Source of the DNA: Tubiluchus corallicola
Taxonomy: Eukaryota; Animalia; Priapulida
Direction of reading: 5' to 3'
Assembly: GCA_030141605.1 (NCBI GenBank)
Contig: JAQGDQ010002156.1
Location: 1-12,602 of the forward strand
DNA: 12,602 nucleotides
Shown: positions 1 through 8,378 of the stretch, piece after piece
How positions within the stretch are numbered: the first letter of the stretch is position 1
How the letters are laid out: every line of letters starts with the position of its first letter
Program-made: the position numbers and the translations under genes
The notes under the pieces: generated by a model
Databases searched by the model: none
The model's input: the letters and a program-made list of their open reading frames with translations, nothing else
What the model was told of the DNA's origin: nothing

Positions 1-815
1 CTACCAGCACTCTGATCACCTGGTCAATACGTACCGTGAGTATTTGCAAGACCACTGGCTATATTAGAAAGTTGTCGTTCGTGTTCTGAATCACTCACAT
101 CGCAGTCACTATCACTACCGGCACCCTGATCACCTGGTCAATACGTACCGTGAGTATTTGCCAGACCACTGGCTATATTAGAAAGTTGTCGTTCGTGTTC
201 TGAATCACTCACATCGCAGTTACTATCACTACTGGCACTCTGATCACCTGGTCAATACGTACCGTGAGTATTTGCAAGACCACTGGCTATATTAGAAAGT
301 TGTCGTTCGTGTTCCGAATCACTCACATCCCAGTCACTATCACTACCGGCACCCTGATCACCTGGTCAATACGTACCGTGAGTATTTGCAAGACCACTGG
401 CTATATTAGAAAGTTGTCGTTCGTGTTCTGAATCACTCACATCCCAGTCACTATCACTACCAGCACTCTGATCACCTGGTCAATACGTACCGTGAGTATT
501 TGCCAGACCGCTGGCTATATTAGAAAGTTGTCGTTCGTGTTCCAAATCACTCACATCCCAGTCACTATCACTACCGGCACTCTGATCACCTGGTCAATAC
601 GTACCGTGAGTATTTGCCAGACCACTGGCTATATTAGAAAGTTGTCGTTCGTGTTCTGAATCACTCACATCCCAGTCACTATCACTACCGGCACCCTGAT
701 CACCTGGTCAATACGTACCGTGAGTATTTGCCAGACCACTGGCTATATTAGAAAGTTGTCGTTCGTGTTCCGAATCACTCACATCCCAGTCACTATCACT
801 ACCGGCACCTTGATC
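1..815. repeat. 114-bp tandem array (at least 7 copies, runs off the window start) derived from the 3' end of exon G plus its splice donor
   Basis: CAATACGTACC recurs at 25, 139, 253, 367, 481, 595 and 709 (period 114). Copies differ only by a few substitutions. Confidence 0.98.
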
Positions 816-889
816 TCCATCAGCTGCGGTCTGCTTCGGCTTGGCAGTTTTGTCGGCATCGTGTTCCGTGTTTTCCAATCGCTGTTTGC
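719..889 (-). CDS. WDR24: Probable WDR24 internal coding exon G (acidic, low-complexity linker)
   Basis: (G)KQRLENTEHDADKTAKPKQTAADGDQGAGSDSDWDVSDSEHERQLSNIASGLANTH. Acceptor gcacag| is in phase with exon F; donor CACG|gtacgt. The D/S/E-rich composition fits the acidic linker at this position in WDR24, but direct similarity is weak. An internal GAT|gtgagt donor at 782 is an alternative. Confidence 0.75.
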
Positions 890-931
890 CTGTGCATAGC
901 AATACGTTAAAGCACAAATAACAAATACTGA

Positions 932-978
932 TACAATGTGTGCATTGTTACAATGAGTGCACTGCTACAATGAGTGCA
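932..978. repeat. 17-bp tandem repeat, ~3 copies
   Basis: TACAATG(T/A)GTGCA(TTGT/CTGC) repeated three times. Confidence 0.8.
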
Positions 979-1630
979 TAGTATTAATAACAAGCTCTTC
1001 TTTTCATCAGGAGATGTAAAAGAAAGTTACCTAAAAATGCATCGTCAAGGCTTAGATTTTGTCTTATATTGTCTTGTTCTTGGGGTGAGCATCGGATTCA
1101 AAAGTAACAGACTATTAAGGCCAGTGTGAACCTGACTTAATAAATTTTTATTTTGTAGCCAAGGTGGCTCCATCTAGCCAGAAAGTTTAAAGTGTGGGCA
1201 TTGACCTAGTTACGTCTTTCATTATGCTGTTCTGTTGTATGAGTGAACATGTGTCTTGTACAAGTTAGTGAAGTTTTTCATTAGATATGCCGCAACGATG
1301 TAAGTTTAGTTCTATTAATTTTTATTTTGATTTATTCGCTGATATTTATGAATGGACTAAACTATGTAACAATCTATCAAATTAGACAATGTCAGTCACC
1401 TTTGTATTTCTATTTTTTTAAACATTGCAGAAATAAAGATCAGTGGTTTATATGAAAATTCAACTGAGACTTTTTAAGTTGTGATAAATGCCTCTCAGAG
1501 ACACTTAACTTATTTAGTGTCTGGTAAACACTGGTAAAACACTGGTCCATAAACAGAAATCACATCTTTATTTGGGGTGGTAACTGTTATTAACCGAGAG
1601 AATAAGCTACAGATTCAGAAGAACTCGTAC

Positions 1631-1749
1631 CTTTATCAGGTGGTACTCTTTCAACTGTGCTGTCCAGTGTATGTGTTCTAATGAGTGTTTGAGAGACGTC
1701 TGCAGCATACAACAGTTTCAACATGTTCCAACTCTGAGCAACGTCATAT
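1631..1749 (-). CDS. WDR24: WDR24 internal coding exon F
   Basis: (R)YDVAQSWNMLKLLYAADVSQTLIRTHTLDSTVERVPPDK(G) versus human RNQVAQTWTMLRIIY. Acceptor tttcttgtag|; donor AAG|gtacga; 119 nt, phase 2 to 1. Confidence 0.88.
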
Positions 1750-1768
1750 CTACAAGAAAGAATGGAGC

Positions 1769-2157
1769 AAAAAACTTTTTCACAGTTCCAGTGATTGATG
1801 ATAAAACTTGAAAAGGTCAAAGGTTAAGTGTACCAGACAACACATTTGTGTACACTTGACATCACCTCGCAGTCCATGCTGATGTAATAATAACAGTTTT
1901 AACAGCTAACTAGAATCTGACCTAGTTCATTTTTCCTTGTTCCCAAGCAAAATCCTGCTAGTAAATCACTCTATGCACAGACTAATGCATAATTCAGTAA
2001 ATTGCACGAAAAACAATTGAAATTACTGAACTGATGCCACGGATGGCTTTGCTTTACCAACATGTCAGATGACGGTTGTAGTTAAGATGTGTTGCTATGG
2101 TACACTTAACCTTTGACCTCTGCGCGTACGAACAATGAAACCGTGAAAACACCTATT
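1769..2157. mobile_element. MITE family A, copy 1 (non-autonomous DNA transposon, superfamily unassigned)
   Basis: Reverse-complement homolog of 11201-11648 along its length. Terminal TTTTCACAGTT / AACCGTGAAAA inverted repeats. Perfect 22-bp subterminal inverted repeat at 1814-1835 / 2098-2119. Confidence 0.85.
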
Positions 2158-2584
2158 CTAAAAAAAAATAACTTTGTAAACATTTATCAGTTTATTAATG
2201 ATATTTATCCATTAAACATGAATTTTCATAAATTTTAAATGCCTGACCACACCCACTGGCATATAATCACCTATTTTAGCTTAACATTGTCATTTGAGCA
2301 ACAATGGCGGCCATTTATACAAACAATTACCTTCCTTACCGAACAAGAAAAAGCAGCTGTTACTTTTTCAACAAAAAAAACACGAAAAGCTTGATATTTT
2401 GCTTCAAATTTCAACTTTTAAAAACATTTTAACTAGAAGGCAAATGGGCTAATTATAAAATTAATTTTTCCAAACTCAAAAAGTAGGAAAACAAAAATAA
2501 GAAAGGGATAAACTGCATCCATATTTACTTCTTCACCAAATGCAGGGACAAATAAAAATACAAGTAATAAATAATGCTGTATGA

Positions 2585-3067
2585 CAGAGGTGTGCAAATG
2601 ATCTGACTAGCCGGGCCACATTAAACTTTCCCGCAATTCCTGTGGACCACAGGCAGTTTGATCAAGGAGCCAAGTACAGAAAGGCCTAATAATGAATTTT
2701 TTTGCATCCGACCTGCGTACATCATTACTACTACACTCAAGAAACTATTTTAGAAGTTATTAAAATTTATATTACAAACCATATATTTCTACTTTCAGGA
2801 CAGATAGTGGTAATTTCATTACAATGCATATTAGTAATGTGTATAACACAGTCTGTGTAGTACAGTGTTATTAAGCTACAACCGTCTTGTAAGGGTTAAT
2901 GGCATCCGATCTAGTAGAAAAAACTATCCGCTCTATCTTTGGGATCGTGGCACGGACTTCAGCTGGATACACTCAATTAATCGCCCGGGCTGCACTTTCA
3001 TTAGGTTGACAAATCTCTTCGCGGGCCGCACAAATTCTGTCGACGGGCCGCAATTTGCCCACCCCCG
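2585..3067. mobile_element. hAT (Charlie-like) MITE family B, copy 1
   Basis: TIRs CAGAGGTGTGCAAAT / ATTTGCCCACCCCCG. 8-bp TSD CTGTATGA (2577-2584) / CTGTATCA (3068-3075). Reverse-complement copy at 8696-9155. Confidence 0.92.
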
Positions 3068-3188
3068 CTGTATCACTTCAAAAGAACTATAACTTCATTG
3101 TTACAAATTTGCACACGTTCATCTCAAATTATAAAAAAAGTTTAAAGCTCTGTTTTAAAATTGTACAATGAGTCTTATTAAGGCTAAA

Positions 3189-3711
3189 CAGGGCCGAATT
3201 TTGATTTTGAAGATTCCGGGGCTACAGATACTGTGAGCCCCCACCCCAGGTGATAATTAACAAAAGCATGAATGTTGGATTCTTCAAATCAGTTTATTCA
3301 GCATACATGTGTGTGCGTTTTTAGAGCACAACAGAAAAAGAAGAGATGCTCTGCTCTGATATTTACAAAATTTAAATAAATTTTTGAAGTATTAAATACA
3401 ATACGTACAAATTAGAATAAATAAATTACTGGTATGTTTAACGTATCGTAAAATATACTGTTACTAGTACTAATTAACTTTTATTCACTGAAACTAGACT
3501 CTTTGAAACTATCTCTGTATTTATACTGTAACTAGAGACATTTCTCTTTAATAGTACATATTACAGAGTTTAACCCATATAATTTTAATTGTTTATCTGT
3601 ATTCTTTTCGTAGTAACTTTTCATTGCAAATTAATTTCACTTAATCTCTGGAGGCTCTCTCAGCTGATGCAGCCCCTCAGCCCATAAAGCCCGTACCTTA
3701 ATCCGGCATTG
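3189..3711. mobile_element. Possible degenerate MITE with CAGGGCCGGATT-type ends
   Basis: CAGGGCCGAATT and AATCCGGCATTG are 9/12 inverted. GC-rich GGGGC/GCCCC subterminal patches flank an AT-rich interior. No second copy in the window. Confidence 0.45.
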
Positions 3712-3725
3712 ATGCTAAAAACTAA

Positions 3726-3851
3726 TGTAGGTAAAAATCACGCAGGCAAAAATGGCACAGGAAAAAATGGCGCGGTAAAAATGGCAGAAAAAAGTGCCAT
3801 TTTGCATACTTTTCCATTTGTGCCATTTTCTCGCGTGCCGTTTTTACCACA
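3726..3851. mobile_element. Small foldback-type element with repeated subterminal motifs
   Basis: Left arm has repeated GG(T/C/A)AAAAATGGC units; right arm has the inverted GTGCCATTTT/GTGCCGTTTTTACC units. Confidence 0.7.
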
Positions 3852-3950
3852 CCCCGCTAAAAACTGACAATTGCACGAAACGACTTGACTACTTTGCGAT
3901 GAAGAAATGCAGAACTGCATATGCCAAATTTTCGATAATTATTTATTTAC

Positions 3951-4063
3951 CTATAAGCAATATTTGCAGCCATGCTGGCATTATGTTCACATAATTCTTC
4001 CAGCGGTTTCCCGTTCAACAAATATTTCTTAGCCAGTATCACAAAGCCATCCATTGATAAATT
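3951..4063 (-). CDS. WDR24: WDR24 internal coding exon E (absent from the ORF track)
   Basis: Manual translation NLSMDGFVILAKKYLLNGKPLEELCEHNASMAANIAY(R) versus human [34 protein letters not shown]. Acceptor ctaattgcag|; donor TAG|gtaaat; 113 nt, phase 0 to 2. Confidence 0.94.
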
Positions 4064-4090
4064 CTGCAATTAGAAACAAATTGCTATTAA

Positions 4091-4706
4091 AGGAAAACCG
4101 CACCCAAATTTAAGCTTTAGGTAAAACTCTTCAAGATACTGAAAAGGAACATAATATTTTTTCAGGAACGATTTACGTAAAAGACTTATTACCAAATTAC
4201 GCAAACACAATTTCGCATTCGCTCCACTAATTCTTTACTGTTACATGCATTTTGCTATACGCTAGTTAGACGGGCACTAGCACCTGCATTTCGGAAATGC
4301 ACTGTATAAAAACAGGTGCTGTACCTCCCATTTCAGAGGTGTTCGTTTGTGATGAACTGCACACATTCGACAATTCTTCTGCAAGCACAGCGGCAAATTT
4401 GAAATTTGAATTTTTCTCTTAGAACTTGCCTAGTTTTAGTACCACGCACTGAATCTCTTACTGTAACATTGTACTTCAGTCTTTCTTTTCGCAAACACGT
4501 GCAACGCGCTCATTAAATGTTCTTGCTGTTAAAAATTACGTTCATTTTTTGACGCCATCAATAGATGGGCTCGCCCGCCGTTAATTAAGATTTTATTCTA
4601 ATATTTAACTATCAGAAATGCTTTTTCAGTAGTACTGATGTTAAAATATATGCTTTTTACCATATTTGAAAATAGGGTAGTATATGAAAAATCATCTTGT
4701 CTTCCT
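4091..4706. mobile_element. Putative Kolobok-like non-autonomous element
   Basis: TTAA|AGGAAAAC ... GTCTTCCT|TTAA (TTAA at 4087-4090 and 4707-4710). A TTAA TSD with AGG..CCT ends is typical of Kolobok. The TIR is short and imperfect. Confidence 0.55.
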
Positions 4707-4882
4707 TTAAAGCTCTTGTTTGGTCAGTGATTAATTGCAGTTCTGGATGTGACTATACATCAATCACTTTTAAAACATCTTAACGATTTAACAAAGTGAA
4801 GTCTTTATGCCAAGGATAACAAATAAAAATTGGTTATGTTCATATTTTAATAATTATTAAATCAATAATTATTAAATCTTAA

Positions 4883-5952
4883 AGGAAAGATCAAGCCTTT
4901 CAGGCGGTCAGGCTTATTTCAATGTTTGAGAGAAATGTTAGAAGGATTTTGCAAATAAAACTGCAATAAGCACCTCGTGTAATTAGTGAAATTAGTTTAA
5001 AGTCGAGATCACTTTATGCTTGGACGCTCTAATTTTCAACGTCCATTCTTCTTTCAATGACGTCATTCGTTTTGAAGAAAAGTAGCGCACTGTTAATCTT
5101 TGTCAAAAATATAACAAGTTTTTACAAAAAAAAAACAATTAAATAGCTAGTTATGTAATATTTTTGCATCAGCATTAAGTAACCTGTAGAAATTTGAATT
5201 AGCTTAAGCACTGGGCACTTACAGAATGCCAGGACGCGCTCAGGAAAAGTCAGGAAGTTTCCCAGTTACGTCATGACTTTCAAGTGAATGGCAGAAACCA
5301 CCACGGCTGAAAATTTCTACTCAGAGGAGGTATATTTTTAAATTTATAATTTATAGGCAGTTCTTTGCAAATTTCTTTGTTATATCTTTCTAAGTTTAAG
5401 TGATAACAGTACAATAAACCCAACATACTGAGTGACTTGTCCTTTCCTTTAGCACACCACAAACAGTTTAAATGATAACAGTAAAATAAACCCACCATAC
5501 AGAATGACTTGTTCTTTCCTTTAGCACACCACAAACAGTTTAAGTGATAACAGTAAAATAAACCCAACATACTGAGTGACTTGTTCTTTCCTTTAGCACA
5601 CCACAAACAGTTTAAATGATAACAGTAAAATAAACCCACCATACAGAATGACTTGTTCTTTCCTTTAGCACACCACAAACAGTTTAAGTGATAACAGTAA
5701 AATATACCCAACATGCTAAGTGACTTGTTCTTTCCTTCAGCACACCACAAACAGTTTAAATGATAACAGTAAAATAAACCCACCATACAGAATGACTTGT
5801 TCTTTCCTTTAGCACACCACAAACAGTTTAAATGATAACAGTAAAATAAGCCCAACATACTGAGTGACTTTTTCTTTCCTTTAGCACACCACAAACAGTT
5901 TAAGTGATAACAGTAAAATAAACCCAACATACAGCGTGACTTGTTCTTTCCT
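4883..5952. mobile_element. Kolobok-like non-autonomous element with tandemly amplified right end
   Basis: TTAA(4879-4882)|AGGAAAGATCAAGCC ... GACTTGTTCTTTCCT|TTAA(5953-5956), TIR 13/15. A related right end recurs at ~7623-7710. Confidence 0.8.
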
Positions 5953-5955
5953 TTA
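5393..5955. repeat. 72-bp minisatellite, ~7.8 copies, alternating A/B variants
   Basis: TGATAACAG at 5401, 5473, 5545, 5617, 5689, 5761, 5833 and 5905. Confidence 0.97.
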
Positions 5956-6119
5956 AGCTACAAGCTATAACAAGTTATCACACTCAAAATTTGCACAAAG
6001 TCATTTGTTTACATTTTATTTAAAGGTTGATTAGATTTTGTAACACGTTTCACAATGAATTTTAAAAATTGTTAAGTTTACAAGTTTGCAATCATAGAAG
6101 CAGAAGTTTATCTCGGAGA

Positions 6120-6396
6120 ACCAGACGGTTTAGTCTAGTGGCAATGCGTCTGCTTTCCATCTGGGAGGTCGTGAGTTCGAACCAGCGGCCGGGTCATACC
6201 AAAGACTTTAAAATGGTACCTGCTGTTGCCCTGCCTGACGCGTGGTATTTAGGGTAAAAGTGGGGTAATAATAGTCTCTGTTATGTAGTTGTAGGTTGTT
6301 ATTTACAGTCGGCGATAATAGCTCTTTGAGCTAATGTTAATTGTTGACCCAAAAGCCGACTTTAAATAAAGATCATTATTATTATTATATTATTAT
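6120..6396 (+). mobile_element. tRNA-derived SINE, probably Meta/MESC-domain type
   Basis: Pol III A box TAGTCTAGTGG (6131-6141) and B box GAGTTCGAACC (6173-6183). These are followed by GGGTCATACCAAAGACTTTAAAATGGTACCTGCTG, resembling my recollection of the Meta central domain, and by an AATAAA plus (ATT)n tail. Confidence 0.82.
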
Positions 6397-6409
6397 AAAA
6401 AAAACTTAC

Positions 6410-6714
6410 GTTTGTTCCAGCGTTCTGAAACACGTTTAGATTACTGCTCGCACTTTTGAACAGCTCGCTTCTACTCGGCGGACGTCGGAAGAACGACGGT
6501 TTCGTAGACGCGAAATTCCCGGAAGATCGTACGGAAGACGTGGTTTCCAATTTGTCGCTAATAGCGTGAGTTATGTCACCGAATACGTTCACCGCCAAGC
6601 CGACGGGGGCAGCACTGTCGGCAGGACGGGTTGCATCACGAAACACGTGCTGATATAATGAAAAGTCTTTACTCACAGAGAGAAATATGTGCGGGTCATG
6701 TCTCCACGCTATAC
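6410..6714 (-). CDS. WDR24: WDR24 internal coding exon D
   Basis: (G)IAWRHDPHIFLSVSKDFSLYQHVFRDATRPADSAAPVGLAVNVFGDI...FKSASSNLNVFQNAGTN versus human [33 protein letters not shown]...ASSALSVF. Acceptor ttctag|; donor AAC|gtaagt; 305 nt, phase 1 to 0. Confidence 0.95.
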
Positions 6715-6792
6715 CTAGAAAATATAAGAAAATTTAATATCACGCTATTTCACTAATCTGTATGCAATAGCAAAGTTGAGTCAGCCAACGAA

Positions 6793-7258
6793 TACTGAGC
6801 ATTGCTTACCAATGTCTAGCCTTAACAGTGAATGGATGGGTGACCAGTGATTACTGAGCATTGCTTAGCAATGTCTAGCCTCAACAGTGAATGGATGGGT
6901 GACCAGTGATTACTGAGCATTGCTTAGCAATGTCTAGCCTCAACAGTGAATGGATGGGTGACCAGTGATTACTGAGCATTGCTTAGCAATGTCTAACCTC
7001 AACAGTGAATGGATGGGTGACCAGTGATTACTGAGCATTGCTTAGCAATGCCTAGTCTCAACAGTGAATGGATGGGTGACCAGTGATTACTGAGCATTGC
7101 TTAGCAATGTCTAGCCTCAACAGTGAATGGATGGGTGACCAGTGATTACTGAGCATTGCTTAGCAATGTCTAACCTCAACAGTGAATGGATGGGTGACCA
7201 GTGATTACTGAGCATTGCTTAGCAATGTCTAGCCTCAACAGTGAATGGATGGGTGACC
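6793..7258. repeat. 59-bp minisatellite, ~7.9 copies, 5S rRNA/SINE-like
   Basis: Unit TACTGAGCATTGCTTAGCAATGTCTAGCCTCAACAGTGAATGGATGGGTGACCAGTGAT, in near-identical copies. Confidence 0.97.
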
Positions 7259-7320
7259 CAGGGGCGTAGCCAGGTTCTAAAGTTAGGAGGAGCAAGCACA
7301 TAAAGAAGGCACCCTGACAC
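7259..7320. mobile_element. Possible single terminus of a non-autonomous DNA transposon
   Basis: CAGGGGCGTAGCCAGG begins exactly where the 59-bp array stops and resembles common invertebrate MITE ends. No partner end was found. Confidence 0.4.
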
Positions 7321-7622
7321 ATACTAAACAATTTTTAACATACTTATTATACATTTTAGTTTTGTGTTTCAATTCAAAACACGAGGAAGATACGGTATTA
7401 AAGGAAATTTGTTTGATTCTTAGTGACTGAAGAGATCTAATCATTATTTTACTTTTCTGTTCTTATCTTAAAACTTTTTATCGAAAGAGTTTATTTAATT
7501 AATTGTATTATAGTTTTTAATTACTTTTTAGAAACATTCAAATTTCGACATGTTTTCTTTCTTGCTCAGATTATATTTTAAATGTAATTTATATCTTAAA
7601 TTTTAGCTTTGTATACAGTCAA

Positions 7623-7710
7623 TTGCAAATTTCTTTATTATATTATTCTAAGTTTAAGTGATAACAGTAAAATAAACTCCACATAGTGAGTGACTTGTTC
7701 TTTCCATTAA
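7623..7710. mobile_element. Solo right-end fragment of the same Kolobok-like family as 4883-5952
   Basis: TTGCAAATTTCTTT...CTAAGTTTAAGTGATAACAGTAAAATAAAC...TGAGTGACTTGTTCTTTCCATTAA aligns with ~5365-5451. Weaker similarity extends to ~7560. Confidence 0.8.
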
Positions 7711-7743
7711 TATAATCCTAACAAAGACAAAGAATAATGTGTG

Positions 7744-8338
7744 AACAGCCTCACAATTGTACTAACAGCTGCACAATTGTACTAACAGCAGCACAATTGT
7801 ACTAACAGTTGCACAATTGTACTAACAGCAGCACAATTGTACTAACAGCCGCCCAATTGTACTAACAGCAGCACAATTGTACTAACAGCCGCCCAATTGT
7901 ACTAACAGCCGCACAATTGTACTAACAGCCGCCCAATTGAACTAACAGCTGCCCAATTGAACTAACAGCTGCACAATTGTACTAACAGCCGCACAATTGT
8001 ACTAACAGCCGCCCAATTGTACTAACAGCCACCCAATTGTGTTAATAGCTGCACAATTGTACTAACAGCCGCCCATTTGTACTAACAGCCGCCCAATTGT
8101 ACTAACAGCCACCCAATTGTGCTAACAGCTGCACAATTGTACTAACAGCCGCACAATTGTACTAACAGCTACCCAATTGTACTAACAACCGCACAATTGT
8201 ACTAACGGCCGCACAATTGTACTAACAGCCGCACAATTGTACTAACAGTCGCCCAATTGCACTAACAGCTACCCAATTGTACTAACACCCAATTGTACTA
8301 AACAGCCGCCCAATTGTAACAGCCGCCCAATTGTACTA
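7744..8338. repeat. 20-bp minisatellite, ~30 copies
   Basis: Unit GC(A/C)CAATTGTACTAACAGC(C/T/A), degenerating at the right end ~40 bp from the exon C donor. Confidence 0.98.
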
Positions 8339-8378
8339 TAAGCCATGCAATTTTACAGAAACATTTCTAATGACAAAC

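Noticed and set aside
700-720. Selenocysteine recoding of the repeated TGA
   Set aside because: No SECIS is visible, WDR24 is not a known selenoprotein, and the TGA lies in intron-derived sequence.
2865-3994. ORFs 2865-3092, 3738-3920 and 3794-3994
   Set aside because: They are chance frames in MITE or foldback sequence, or antisense to exon E. No transposase motifs are present.
5280-5930. 216-aa Cys-rich repetitive ORF (YCYHLNCLWC repeats) resembling a metal-binding protein
   Set aside because: It is a by-product of a stop-free 72-bp unit made from a transposon end inside an intron. It has no splice context or recognisable domain.
6120-6195. tRNA gene
   Set aside because: It has A and B boxes, but I could not build a convincing cloverleaf, and it continues into a SINE body and simple-repeat tail.
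6793-7258. 5S rRNA gene cluster
   Set aside because: The unit is 59 bp, covers only ~42 nt of the ~120-nt 5S RNA, and is diverged.
1-8338. Tandem arrays as CRISPR arrays
   Set aside because: The units are head-to-tail with no unique spacers, there are no cas genes, and the context is a spliceosomal-intron gene.
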